From NCBI GenBank assembly GCA_030704615.1, contig CM060734.1:12648001-12712000 (forward strand): a stretch of 64,000 nucleotides of DNA. The letters run 5' to 3'. The translations under genes were made by a program, and so were the position numbers. This stretch comes from Takakia lepidozioides (taxonomy: Eukaryota; Plantae; Bryophyta). The notes under the pieces are model-generated. The model did no database searches. It was not told where the DNA came from and was given only the letters and a program-made list of their open reading frames with translations. Below are positions 1 through 13,710 of this stretch, in pieces (the first letter of the stretch is position 1; each line of letters opens with the position of its first letter).

Positions 1-337
1 AGAATGACATTGAGAAAGAAAAAAGATAGAGACAACCGTATCAATCATAGAGAAAACCGTAGTAATAGATTTGCCGGATCGTTGCGCGGAAAGCGTTGTC
101 TTGCATGTTGCTGGGAGGACGATACTGAACTGAATGACCTACAAATCTTTCGCATTGATGTATGAAGCCGATTGGGCGCCACGGGAATTGCAGAAAGCTG
201 ATGCCCCCAAAGCAAAAAAAACGAGCGAGCTAGGAATCTGAAAAAATGGATGGAGAGAGCAAATTAGGGTTTCGGCCTCCATTTCAACCTCCATTCGGCC
301 GTCGGATAGTTTACACGTGTATGATGTACACGAGGCG

Positions 338-1027
338 GAGTTACAGAGGATCACATGGGTTACAGAGGGTTACATGGAGTGAGGGTTACATAGGAGTGAG
401 GGTGACACTCTGCGGTGCTACAGAGGGTTACATGGGTTACAGAGGGTTACATGGTGGTGAGGGTTACAGAGGGTCACAGAAGGTTACATGGAGTGAGGGT
501 GACACTCTGCGGTGTTACAGAGGGTTACATGGGTTACAGAGGGTCACAGAGGGGTACATGGGTTACAAAGGGTTACAGAGGGTTACATAGAGTGAGGGTT
601 ACATAGGGGTGAGGGTGACATTCTGCGGTGTTACAGAGGGTTACATGGGTTACAGAGGGTCACAGAGGGTTACATGGAGTGAGGGTTACATGGGGGTGAG
701 GGTGACACTCCGCTACATGGTGGTGAGGGTTACATGGGTTACAGAGGGTTACATGGGTTAAGAGGGTCACAGAAGATTACATGGGTTGCAAAGTTTTACA
801 AAGGGTTACATGGAGTGAGGGTTACATAAGGGTGGGGGGGACACTCTGCGGTGTTACAGAGGGTTACATGGTGGTGAGGGTTACAGAGGGTCATGGGGTT
901 ACATGGGTTGCAGAGGGTTACATGGTGGTGTGGGTTACACTCGGCGGAATTACAGAGGGTTACATGGGGGTGAGGGTTAAACTCGGGGCGGGGGTTACAG
1001 GGGCTGACGTGCAGGGGGTTACAGGGA
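338..1027 (+). repeat. G-rich minisatellite built on GGGTTACA / GAGGGTTACAT with higher-order units containing GAGGGTGACACTCTGCGGTG
   Basis: Dozens of GGGTTACA variants read directly in tandem; overlapping ORFs are low-complexity translations of the repeat. Confidence 0.9.
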
Positions 1028-2252
1028 ACTGGCGGACTGGTGTCGCAGAACGACGATGCGCCGGGGGCGACGACGCCGATGGGATGAGAGCGGGGATGGG
1101 GAGGGATTGACCGAGCCCAGCCGGCTGCCTTTCGATGGCTGCCGGAGGCGGAGAGCCGGCGGTACGGGGTGTCAGGGCTGGACCGTCCTGACGCGCTCGC
1201 ATTAAGTTCTTACATTATTCCTATTATCTTCCGTTTAAGAAAATCCAGGGCCTCTGTCCCTGTTACCTAAATAAAATAAATAAATAAAAATCATAATATT
1301 TATGATGATATAACAAAAAAACAGGTAACATTTATCCAGGGTGGACTGTAACAAATATAGAGGGTTGACTCACACACGTACCCAAGTAGGAGATTCTCTA
1401 TGTAGCCTTAGAGATCCTTGAAGACGATTTCGCTGCTTCCCTCGTTAGAAAACAAAAGTGTGAGATTGGCCCTCTCCCAAGTGTAGAAGGAGGACCTGGG
1501 GCCTGTCATCATCGCCCTCATCACTATTCTCACGGCCGAGTGATGAAAGCAAAATGAGCAGATGCAGTGGTGGGGGCATGTGGTTGAAAAACATGAGAGC
1601 GGACCCACAAGGAAATCATGAATCCCTGGTACAGTTACCAGATGCGCTATGGAGGCACTTAAACATTCTGTGATGGAATACAGTGTAGATACGGTCCTTT
1701 CTTCCTCATCAATCCGGAGCCTCTCAAGTGTTTCTCATTCGTTCACCGGTAGTGACACGATTCTACAGGTACTGGAGGTGTTGCCTTAAAGAGTGTTGAT
1801 TCTGGAGGGTCTAGATGGCATGGTATGGTAGGTTGGGTTATCTTTTTAGAATTTGTTGTTACATGCATTGCACTTATGTGAGGACCTCTGGAGGTTCGAT
1901 GTTAATTCTGCAGCTGCCGAGTCCGAGTGACCATCTTTGTCGTTGTCCTCTCCTTCCTGTCGTTGATATTCCCTTTTCGTCTATCATCTGGGCTCTATGC
2001 ATACTTGAGTGAATCTGTTTTGCTTTTGCTTCTCTCTCAGAGCTATTGTATTTGTGTATGGTTGGTATGTGGACGTCCACTTTCTCCTTCAGCGTTCAAT
2101 CAAGCAATGCATAATGTTACTTTAGTATACTGTTACTTTAGTAGCAGCAGTCAGGAAGTGTTAAATACAGGCTCGTTTCGCAGGGGAGAAGATGGAGGAC
2201 ACATACTAGTCAGAAAGAATGTGTCAATTAGCCTGACATTGCAGCATTACGA

Positions 2253-3161
2253 ATGCTACAGCTGAGTTTACTTCCTTTTCAAACTCTTTCTCCCTCTCCT
2301 CTACTGTCTTCAAGTATCCAAGTGGCAACATCTTACAGTCCATCTTATTCCTATCATCTGGAAAGGTTCCGCGACTCTCTTCGTGTTCTGGACAGAAATC
2401 CTCTAACTTTTGTGCATCTGGGAATAAGCCGTACCTCTCTAGACAGACCCTTGCTTTCTGGGTCAGCTCGTCGCCTCCACCAATTTGACACTTTGTCAGT
2501 GCCTTCTAGCGGAAGTATGACTCCCCTTTGCTCCCAAATCCGATGGCATGATGGTTCTGTGGCGCGAGATAAACGCCAAAGCTTGCTCGATCAAAAGGGA
2601 TGTATTATATGGCTGACAGGATTGAGTGGTTCGGGAAAGTCTACGGTTGCTTGCACGCTCGATCACTCTCTAGCGTCCATGGGGAAACTTAGTTATGTGC
2701 TGGATGGCGATAATATACGGCATGGGTTAAGCAACAATCTAGGGTTCTCGGCGGCCGACCGCGACGAGAACATTCGAAGGGTTGGGGAGGTGGCCAAGCT
2801 TTTTGCAGATGCGGGTCTGATTACTCTTGTAAGCCTCATATCCCCATATAAGAGAAACAGAGATTTTGTGAGAGGGCTTGTTCGGAAGGGCGAATTCATT
2901 GAAGTTTACATGAAGGTGCCTCTGGAGGTTTGCGAGGGCAGGGATTGCAAGGGTCTGTACAAGCTGGCAAGGGCAGGGGTATTGAAAGGATTCACTGGAG
3001 TAGATGATCCCTACGAAAAACCGGACAATCCTGAGATCGTGTTGGAGGCAACAAATGCAGCAGGAGAGTTCATCCCGCCAGAGCAAATGGCCAAGACTTT
3101 GATTGATTATTTGAACGAGAATGGGTTTCTGCAGGGGCCCCGCTGCCGAGTGTCTGATTGA
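2253..3161 (+). CDS. APK: Adenylyl-sulfate (APS) kinase; catalytic domain in one uninterrupted ORF. True start may be the ATG at 2517 (214 aa) after a possible acceptor ctttgtcag at ~2499
   Basis: P-loop WLTGLSGSGKST, LDGDNIRHGL, DRDENIRRVGEVAKLFADAG, SLISPY, KGLYKLARAG, GFTGVDDPYE: all canonical plant APK motifs. Confidence 0.95.
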   Translation: MLQLSLLPFQTLSPSPLLSSSIQVATSYSPSYSYHLERFRDSLRVLDRNPLTFVHLGISRTSLDRPLLSGSARRLHQFDTLSVPSSGSMTPLCSQIRWHDGSVARDKRQSLLDQKGCIIWLTGLSGSGKSTVACTLDHSLASMGKLSYVLDGDNIRHGLSNNLGFSAADRDENIRRVGEVAKLFADAGLITLVSLISPYKRNRDFVRGLVRKGEFIEVYMKVPLEVCEGRDCKGLYKLARAGVLKGFTGVDDPYEKPDNPEIVLEATNAAGEFIPPEQMAKTLIDYLNENGFLQGPRCRVSD

Positions 3162-5968
3162 GTGCGACTTGAATGGATGTGACGTGGTTTGCTTGGTTCA
3201 TATGGACTAATACTTGGCTGAAGCTTGGGGTTTCCTTGTCAGCATTTTTGGGAGAGAGCTGGGGAGACTATGACCATGCTTTACTGTGTTGGAAGGGATT
3301 CTCGCTGCATCCTCCCAAACTGCTACCTCACCTGTATCTCAGTGCTCCTCGCCACAGATGCAGTCAAACTGCCAATTCCACACTGTCTGGTCACATTGGC
3401 CTTTCAGTCCCAGTTGCATTTCAGGTTGGCATCCTGATGCAGAATAGATCTGCCATCCATCTTGGCCCTATGTCTCAGGGCACAAGTAATCAAAGCTCCA
3501 GGACTAGATGACTATTCAAATTTCAGTTGATGTCAGCCTTAGAATTTTATAGTTAGCATTATGTTTTGATTGTTGGAGTTGAAGGCCGCATTGTTGTACA
3601 TGGACCAATTGATAGTGTACCAGTGAAGGTAAACCTCTGTGACATCAAGTTTCCAGATTGCTTTGTCAAGTTTCCTTGTAAGAGAGACCGAGACACAGAG
3701 ACAGCAGATTCCGTCTCGGCAAGGGAAGGAACCTAGATTATATTGCCTTTTTTGCATGGTTAACACATGCAAGTTAGCAACTGAAGAGGGCTCAAGTGCT
3801 GTAGTTCAAGATGGTTTGAACTTTTCACATTCACTCTTCAGTCCAATGTTGAGAAGATCATGTCAATCCATATTCAATTTACACAAACAGCTTCAAGTTC
3901 TTTTGAGGTTACAAGCCATGACTCTTCTGCCCCTGAGGTAAACCTCCCTGTTCATTTTGAAGCTCATGTCAGAAGTCATGCTGCAAACTCCTGAGCTCCC
4001 AGCATAAGTATCCAGATATGCAAACCCAACTGTCAATGCCTTTTCAAGTCTTCCTCTCTAGGAAAGATCTTGTCAGATCTAGAAGACTGGACATGATTTC
4101 GTCTGTGTGTTTTTGTTCACTGTGTATACAACTATGGGCTCATGATATTGATGCATGTACTCTAGTGTGATACACAGGGCCATTGCTTGATTGTATGTAC
4201 GCCTCATTCTCTCCAAAAGACATTTTGTAAAGAGTGGCTGGAACTATGGTTGTCTTGTGCATATCTATGGAAAATAGGTTCATCCTTCTTTCTCCTGTCA
4301 CTATATGTTAGGTTTCCTTGAGTGCATGAATCAGTTCACGTATTCATACTATTGTTTGGACTTAAAGTTTGATACATAGATACTTTCCAGGAGGACATTC
4401 AAGCATATTGTGTTTGACCGGGGGCTAAGTTAGTGTACACATCTATCTCTTGCTACAAAGCAGTCTTGATTCTTGATTAGTGGCAGCCTGGGGTTCTGGT
4501 CTCTTGCTTTAGGCCTTCATTCCAGGACTCGGACGCTACCCAACTTATCTGAAAATCCTCGGCTCGGGAATGTAACATTTCACATTGGATGGTGCAAACC
4601 TTCAAACTAGACAAAACAGTGCTGAATCCAGCACTGCAAATGTAGCCCTATACCTCAAGCAGATGTGCCATATGAGTGTGGTTACCTTGTCAGTGCAATT
4701 CAGGAATTCTTCTTGATGTGCTTACAAGCAATCTACCACATGTAGCGTCGAGCATTGAATTGAGTTTGTGTTTGATTTCATTGGTCTTTTGTGTTCTTCT
4801 CCTTGAACCCCTTTGAGATGTACTAAGTTTCTCGCATAATCACAGGTAGTCTCACCACACCTTGCAGTAGAACATAAATGTAACATGCAGTATACCACAA
4901 TGTAAGATCTTGAAATACACTTGCTCTCTGCAATGTGCTGAATATGAGGTAAATAGCAGAAATCATGAGCCACAACCTTGTGAGGATCATTAATCCAATT
5001 CCATGGGGTATGAAAGAAAGGGAATGACATAATCCAAACCATGAACTCAGTGCATTGAAACAAGGCTCTGCAAATTTAAAGTTAGCACTGTCTATAGCTG
5101 ATTAATTCCCCCCATTCCCTTCCAATTCCAGTAACTAAAGAGTGGTCATGTGGACCACTCTACCATTCATTCAGAAATGGCAGGCAACACAGTCAAACAA
5201 AGATAATGGCCCAGCCCTTCATTTTGGACGAAAAGGTGACATGGGAATCATGGGTCCCATGTCACCCACAAACCTTGATTCCCTGCTCTGCAAGCCTTTG
5301 TTGGATCTCTTCTTGAGCTGCGGCCCCATTAGTCCCTTCTGGATTTTCGTTTCAATTGCTTTCTGCAGTTGCCCAGTTTGCAAGTCAGGTAAATTCAAAA
5401 TGATCATGCCAGCTCTACATTGACACATACCACACCCCACCTTCTCAACACTCTGAGACAGTAGAATCCTTGTTACTTCAAGAGACAAACTAAAGGAGGG
5501 TACATTTAGACTTCACATGTGAAATCAATACTTAGGTTATTCATTTTTGGTGCATTAGGTGGGAAAATGTGATTGTTCACGACAATGGATTCAGCAACCG
5601 CTGACTCAGTTTAAGGAGAACGCTAAAACATTACTCCTGGGCATAATTCCACAAGAAGCTTGAGTATGTAAGGTAGAGACAATTGGCCAGTCTCTTCGTG
5701 ATCAGAAAGGGTGGGTCACAAACCATGAATTGGTTGAAAAATTAGGAGCGACACCAGAAGCCAAACACTCAATGGAACATACGAGTCAAATAAAAAACGA
5801 ATGGTGTACCCCAATCCTTCAGGCAGACTGCTGAGGTTCCACAATAGAAACAGGAACTGTGTGGAACATCATTGAAAGCCCACTTACTGTTGAATTAAAC
5901 GTTAACATAAGCAACAACTCATCAGTTCGAGATAGACTTGAGTTGCACAGCTTCAGTTCAACTCCTTA

Positions 5969-8242
5969 CCTCCTTCCGGATCTCAATTGCTGTCGGTGGT
6001 TAGAAGTAGCCGAGTCAGGGACTTCCACTCTTTCAGCAAAACACTGGAGCAGCTGAAAACATGCCCCCTAGCATGTCTGTTAGTGTGAGACTTCAAAGTG
6101 GTTGAATATAGAAAAGAGGATGGTAATAAGAACTTACCATGAAATGGAAACCTTCCACTGACCCAGCGGTCAGCATTCTCCACCCACTCACTGTGATGAA
6201 GCCCTGCTCTCCTTGCGACAGTGTTAAGCTGAAGGCACAAAACAAACACAGATATGTGACATCAGTGATGCCAGTTCAGCTACGTCCATTTCCAATCATT
6301 GAAGATGTAACCCCTCAACGACTATCAATTATGCCAAACACCCACATTCAGAACTTGAGTCACATGGCACAAACCCCAACAATATGGAGGACACTTTCAA
6401 CGGATGGTGATTCTCATACCTTCCGGCCAACACGTTCCTGCTGCTCCTTCACTTTTTGTTGGAGCTTGCTGATGCTCATGTTCACCCTCAGCTGCTCCTG
6501 CAATTGATGGATAGAGCAAATAATCTTTGAGAGAGAAAATAATCTATGAGATTTGAGGAAAAAATTCAAACACTTGCCTGACTAAAACTGAGACATCATA
6601 GAAAAAGACAAGTGAAAGGGAGAGGGAGGCACTGACCTTGACATAACTGACACCAAGCTCCTTACGAGTATAGCCACGTGCTAGATTGCGCATAACATAC
6701 TCATTGTAGTCCTTCACTATTCGCATAATTAAATCTGAGGTTGATATCCCATCTGTCCGCTTTGTCTCTTTGAACCTCCCTGCAGCTTTCACCTGCCGAA
6801 GGCAGAAATCCCCAGTCAGCAACTGACATTGCCACCTAGTAATCAAGACTCCTTCGTTCATCAGAGGTGGAACATAGATCAGCAATATTTTCTCTGATAT
6901 GCATAAATCATGGGGACAAGCGTGGAAAAATTAGGATAAATAGATCAAAGGACTGATCTACCAGAATTTGAAAGGGATGCACACAACCACCACAGCCAGT
7001 ACAGTTTTGTGGACTCACTAATTCTTAGACATCCTTGCCAGCCCCACTTCTGTCAGCATATCTGCCAACAACACCCTCCTAGAAGCAAATGGTCAATTTA
7101 ATGCTTGCCAACAGCGATGATGCATCTACCACATTCTGCCCACCCTTCGTGACGTAGAGCAGCAGACCACAGTCTTGTTGGAAGCCTGCTGACACTTGGA
7201 ACAGCTTGGTGCAATTTCTAGAGGCACTTGCAGGGGTGAGCATGAAATTACATCCCACTGACACAAAGACCACACAATCAGCTGCATTCCAGAAGATTTG
7301 TGCCAGGGGATGACCCCATCTGCAGGCAGTGATAGAGTAAAGACCTTTTGGCTACAAAGGCATGCAAACAGCCCTACATTGCAAATTTTGCCACCACCAA
7401 GAAGCCACACACAGCTGAATACTATCACAACCACTTTGCAAACAGCACATCTGGTACCAATCAACCTAGAAATTGACTAAAAGGTTGGAGAAACCCAGAC
7501 AGTACTAGAAACTCGACCTCATGTATAATACTAAGGGAAACCAGGGATGGAAAGCTACATACGGGAGGGCATCATGTGCCACGAAGTCAATGTGATGCCT
7601 ATCAAGAAAATCCTCATTGATCACCCATGGTGCATCCTCCACCACCTCATCCACCTACCTGCCACGTGTATTCAATTTTAAGATTCTTTGAGGCCCCTAG
7701 AGCAGCCTCGAAACCCTAGATTGCATTAATTCGCCTGATGAGTATTCTCGTTCTTCCATTTACATGCGTGGAGGATATATCAGGTGCTGTAAACACAGCA
7801 GACATAGTATTTCAAAATGATTCAGTGTCAATCCTGCTGTCAATAAATCTATTACAACCCTAAAACAAAGGATACATATCAATTTCATTAAAGCCAAGTT
7901 CCTTTGCCGATTGCCAGTCTTATCAGCCTTCAAACTTCTTTGCATCAACAACTGCTTGAGAATTCATCTATACACTGTCACCAATGTAGACTAGAAGTGA
8001 AACTTTATCAAAATTCTGAATCACTTCAAGCCTACAAAGAGTCATACAGGACTTCGTGACCAGGACAAATGTCACTTCAGAGACATAAAGCTCATTTCTT
8101 TTGAAGTAAGGCGGAAAAAGGAACTGACTTGCAATGCCGAAGTGACTCATAGCGTTCAGCCTCGTTCATAACAGTCTTCCCCTTGTACTTGCGTGTGAGT
8201 ACATCGTTGCAGCATCCCACCAAAAGATATGTGTTGGGAAAC
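5969..8242 (-). pseudogene. CCT: Choline-phosphate cytidylyltransferase pseudogene (exons 8242-8129, 7658-7563, 7061-7019, 6792-6637, 6497-6420, 6228-6138, degenerate ~5995-5969); first exon with HxGH motif not found
   Basis: Spliced translation [98 protein letters not shown] sites intact. In-frame TAG at 7657-7655 (W expected), TAA at 7027-7025 (Y expected), frameshifting deletion near 6155. Confidence 0.9.
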
Positions 8243-11200
8243 CTACAGGTGGTTATGACCACCTTTTCCACTGGTAGTGTTCAGCCGAATTCGTAGCAAA
8301 ATATTCTTTGGGCGTGGGGCAGCCTAGTATTCGACGTGAACATGCCAGACAAGCGGTTGCAGGCCGTCAAGCAACCGAAGTACAACAGTAGAATTTTTGA
8401 TGAGCTTGTATGACTATCTTGGCTACTCCCAAGAGCTGGTGTGAAGATTTATCCACAGGAGAAACTGGCATCAGTACTAGCAGCAAACTCAGGGCTAAGT
8501 TATTATCACAGGTGCATGGTCCTGTTGAACTGAGGCATAGCCGGTAGGGCTGCTGTTGTAAACCAGGCCACGATTTACAGCTAAGTACAATATGACGACA
8601 AGTTCTCGAATTGTTGGGTTGCATGATACCGAACGTTTGGCTTAAGACGAAATGAGAATGATCAGGTTTATGACAACCGTGATCTTTGAATCCGCCGAAT
8701 GTTGAGGCCTTTGAGGCCGTGTGGAATGAAATTTCAATTCAATGGTGGACCTGTCCATGCATGAAACTAGTGGCCGGCTGCTGTAGAAGCGCCATGGATG
8801 GATCGTTGGATATGAAGGAGAGGCAAATAGATTGCAATCAGTACAATGGCGATCTAGATTGCAATGGGTTTGCAGGTTGAGCTGTGGAGCTATTGAGAAT
8901 TTTCAAATGAGCCAGAGGAAGCACTACAACAGATTGCGGCATTTACGACTCCCATGGTTGCGCAGTCATGACAAATTTGTTGCAGAAATGCCATTTGCAG
9001 TCGTAAATGCCTTTGAAGTCATAACCAAGGTATGGGGAAGGCGTATATGCGACCGCATGACTCCGGACTCTGCACACAGGTCAAACATGTTTGACTAGGA
9101 ATATGGGCATGGCGGATATGACTACCAGTCATGGTCATGGCTACACTGGAATGACGAGTGCATATTGCGAGACGGACATATGACTTCATGACTCTCATTC
9201 TAATGCATTCTGCCAAATCATCACATGGATGGATGATAGGGTGATCCTTTGACATGGAACAACTTATGGGGTGTCTACATATGATTGGTTAAGGTTGAGA
9301 TATTGTGGTGCGGGGGATGGAAGCAAATCTAACGTTTGCATACATAGCAGATTAATAAGGCGTTTGGGTTGTGTGAAGAACAATTGAACACAACGAGTAG
9401 GCTAGAGAGGGGACAGTGCACCGCTCTCTGTATGTGAGTTTTTGTGTAAATGGTGGCCGTGCATTACAGGAGTTTGTTTATCACGGGACAACATCAAAAC
9501 TGGGGCTCATACTGCGAAACGACAGACGATCACATGATGCATTCGATTGATAGGCATAGTCATGCAAAACATTCAATTCACTCATGCTCGTCTGTTTCAA
9601 AAGATTACAGAACAGAAGTCTGTGGCCAGTGAAGGGCACCCAAGATAACATGAAATTCAGTACACCGACAACGGAAAAAATCACGTAACTGAGCTTGAAA
9701 CAGGTTGTCATGTGCGCCTCCTATAATTATTGACCCCTCACAGTCTGACAGGATTGCCACCATGCAGCGATCGTAGCAGGCCGTTCCAGCGCTCGACGCC
9801 GTCTGGTAGTGGAATACAAGTCTGGGGATACATTTGTTCACATCCACCCAATCGCACGCCAAAACATGGCCCAGCTGAAGAGAAGAATACCGGTTATCTG
9901 ATGATCAAATGGCATTGAAATCAGGTAGAGTTGACAAGTACAGACACTAAATCGAAGTGAATGTGAGATGCACACAACTCACAGGTTAAAACCAATATGA
10001 CATGGGAGCTTCAGGAGGTGGTACCAAGCAGCATAACCGAAGAGATGCGGGTACTTTTGGCCTTGGGCATCGCGAGTCTCTTGCTGCAAGCGGAAAGACA
10101 GAAAAAGTGAGGGACGGCCTCCCTCCTATGGATCCCGCTCTCTCCCAGCCAACAAAGGACGAGTACACAAGCGTCTTCCGCTCTCTTGCTGATGCGCAAT
10201 GCTTCAGCTTCCTGTGCAGCAGCGCGAATTTTGTGCTTTCGCTGTATTTCTGCCATGCTCCGATGCCATGAAGCAGTGTGAAGTGTCTGACGTCGACGGC
10301 ACAACAGCACGCCCTTAGAATGCATAGCAATGGAAGAGACAAAAACAGGGTTGCAAGCGAAGAGAGCATCGACAGAGGAACAGACCGTCTTTGGAGTATG
10401 AGAATTGGAGGGAAAGGCACATATGTAGCCCAAACTCCCGCCATCCTCACAAACTTGCAACGGAACGGGGCAACGTTGCGAGGCTGGGGTGTGGATGGCG
10501 CATCAATGGGAGACGATTTCCACCTTCACGATTCACCAAGCCACAGACGATGAGAAAATTAGAAAATGGTAAGTTCGTTGTCAATTGATCCTGCGGAAGT
10601 GAGCCTCATAGGTTGCAATGGGTTCCTGTAGGGCCTACATGTCAAACATTCCTGTGGGATCTCTAGAAACAAATTTAAGTGAGCTTGCAGCTTTCGACAT
10701 AGGCATGCTAGGTTCCACAGTGAAGATTTTCAGTAGACCGTTGCGCCACCTCAGGGGTTGTCTGCAATGTTGGTCTACCAGTACCCACTGGTCAAAGGCT
10801 ACAGTAGGTTTATGTCAGTCATAGCTGCCATACATTCTATGGCGGTTTCTTCAAAAAACAAATTGCAGTTTGCAGCATTTGTGGTATCCATCTGAGTTAA
10901 TAGAGTTCTGGTATTTACATAACCATACATTCGGTAGTTGTCATGGGGGGCTGGTCTAAGTAGGGGAGAGCCCATGAATTAACCTTCTTGTATGGCAAAA
11001 CAACTAAGATAAGGTGAGATGGGAGTTCTCCCTCATGTGCATATCCCCAATGACCTACCCCAAGCGTGAACAGCAGCCAGGATGAGTTGAGTGAATAATG
11101 AAGTGGTACAAGACCTGCAACACCTACAGGGCAGCAACATTGTGGCTCAATGTGTTGCATCCTGCTTGAGCCATTTACAGATGCATGACTCTACCAGTGA

Positions 11201-11757
11201 GTCACATGATGTTTCATGTGGGCCATGAGTCAAATTGCCCATGCAGGGTGCAAAGAACCCATAGACAGAGCCACGACATCAGATACGGAACTGTGCACCT
11301 CGTTTGGGGAAAAATTATTATGTGATAATAACGACCAAGCTTAAACCAGTCCAGTAGTATTCACTGGTCCATAAACATGTGCCTGGCCAATAAGAGAACC
11401 ACAAAATAACTGGGGCAAGTATGTAATGTAAACCGGAAAGCTAGTGCACTTTGAAATTCATTCTGTCAACAAGGTATCCAGAGCAGAATTGATGTGTAGA
11501 TCTGCAGGACATTAAAAATTCTATAGTGAGAGAATTGTCACGTCAGATGCTCCAAAGACACACCATTTATGTGGTACACCTCCAACACCCTATGCAAAGA
11601 ACACACCAGCCCCCCCACCAGTTTCTGCAGTCTCACAAAGCCCACATTATAATTGAAGAAACCAAAATTACATCTATAATTTGCAATATAGGACCCTTCA
11701 TACACTTCATATAGATATAGGCATATGTGGGGAAAGTGGTACCTCGTGTGGGCACTA

Positions 11758-13710
11758 CTACACGTCCACATCAACCAGCTCATCATCACTTGATTTTGTA
11801 ACTTCATCGCAACTGTCCTTCGTGGGACATGGATCGGCTTGCTCAGATCGCATGTCCCTATACAGTGAAGCAACCTCTTCAGGTGTCACTTGGATGGTCT
11901 GGCCCACCCTGTCAGCAGCAACATTGGTCTCTTCAATTTGATTGGGGGTTAGGAGGCCTGTTACACTTGCAATATCGTCGTTGTAAATGCTGACATCACA
12001 GACAGCCCTGCGTGACCTCGGGCTTTTTTCAAGAACCACATTCCACCTCGGTTCATTCACACACTCAGAGAAGAAAACCTGCTCGACCTGTGATGGAAGC
12101 ACAAAAGGTTGTTCTAGTAGAGGCAACAAGTGCGAGAAATTGACCAATGTGAACCCACAGTCATCCTGTTTCATTGACACGGGCTGAGAACCCACACGTC
12201 GTGCACAGTGGTGCGTGTGGAGCCATAATCCAATTCTAGAATCTCCTTTATGATACCGACATAACGTAGGCTTTCCATCACATATTCACCTGAAATGCCA
12301 GTACTTTCATGCTGGAAAACAGTAGACACCCCTGAGTCATATGTCACAAATGGACTGTTCATATAATCTGAAGTAACCCTGAAGTGGTTTCCATAAGCAG
12401 ACATGCTCTTGTATGATGTTGCGATGAAAGATGGGGGTTTGGACATGTCCGACAATTCCTTGCAGACTGAATCAGATGCATGGTTGGCATCACCCGACAC
12501 ATGCACGCGCATAGCCGTTACTAGCCATTCTGCAAAGTCAGGGAGAGCACAGATCTTGTTCGGATTGGCAGCATTTGCAGTGTCCACGCGGGATTTCTCC
12601 ATCTCATATGCTCTGCCAAGCACGCACCACATGGTTAGTTTATCCAGTGCAACCCAAGCAGCAAGTGCAAGAACAATAGCAACCCCACGAATACAAAGCA
12701 TTCCCATGCATAAAAGGTGGGAGAAGTTGTGACATGCACGGGAAGTGGCCACTTACTCCAACATGCTGCTCAAACTTGGATGGTTGTGAATGACGTACTC
12801 GTGGACAAGCTTCAACAATTCTGCAGTCAACCTCCATGGTTTGCCAACTCCTTCCAGCACCCAACCGGACACGAATTCCTCCTCTCCTGCATCCCACACT
12901 CTCCCCTAGTAGCATCAACAGAAGACAAGTACTATGGCTGAATCCAGAGACGCCGGCGGGGGCCCCTGGAAGAGTTCTCTTTTCTTTTTAACAGCCTAAT
13001 CCCAAAGCCTCGTCAAAGACGTAGCCCTCCGCCATACTGCCCTCAGACTTTGCCAGGTTTCACACATACCCTTTAAATCCTTCATTGCCCTCTCCACTGG
13101 GTACATCCACCGAGAAGCCACAGGTCCACACAAATCCAGCTCCTCAACCAAGTGGATGAGTAAATGCGTCATAACATCAAAAAAGGAGGGTGGGAACTCT
13201 TTCTCCAGAAGGCAAAGAGTCATGGCCACCTCCTTCTTCAATTCCTCATGCTCGGATGGATCAATAGTTTTTGCAGAAAGCTTGCGAAATACACGAGACA
13301 CTCTTAGGATGGCATTGCGAACCCCATGAGCCATTAAACCACGCAGAGCAAGTGGGAGGATCTGCTGCATGAGCACATGGTAATCATGTGACTTCAATTG
13401 GCTCAACTTGGATTTGACCACATGCTTTTTGAAAGCAGAGGCATAACCAGTGGGCACTTTCATATTGGTGATAATGTCCAGGAACACCCGCTGTTCATGT
13501 TTTGTGAGCACATATGGCGCATCGGGCATTACCAATGTATCCACTCTGGTGGGATGGCGTTGTAACCACAAAGGCTTTCGAATGCCCTGCAACTCCAGAT
13601 CACGCTGAACTTTCATGGTATCTTTTTCTCCGAAAATGGTCTTGATTATGTTCTCCGTCAAGTTCTTTTCGCAATGTATGGTGTCGAAAGTGTGGCGGAT
13701 GAGAAGATGT
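11758..13710 (-). pseudogene. CACTA TnpD transposase, C-terminal part (DUF4218/DUF4216-like), frameshifted
   Basis: IRHTFDTIHCEKN, LKSHDYHVLMQQILPLALRG, FPPSFFDVMTHLLIHLVEE..CGPV..RWMYPVER, YVGIIKEILELDY, EQPFVLPSQVEQVFF. Confidence 0.9.

Noticed and set aside
41-70. Possible Helitron 5' end (A|TCTATTACTAC on minus strand)
   Set aside because: Motif too short, and the matching 3' hairpin/CTRR end would lie outside the window.
246-1110. ORFs of 63-114 aa over the GGGTTACA array
   Set aside because: Repetitive translations of a minisatellite; no domain or splice support.
1649-1768. Possible upstream coding exon of APK (MEALKHSV...LQ|gt)
   Set aside because: Splicing to the likely acceptor at ~2499 gives an immediate stop; no in-frame junction could be supported without transcripts.
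7025-7657. CCT stop codons as RNA-editing or readthrough sites
   Set aside because: TAG>TGG and TAA>TAT are not U-to-C changes, the gene is nuclear, and an independent frameshift plus a missing exon point to decay.
9605-10460. Exon-like minus-strand ORFs as CCT exon 1 or a host gene
   Set aside because: No VYADG/HxGH motif or recognisable domain; more likely the accessory gene of the surrounding CACTA.
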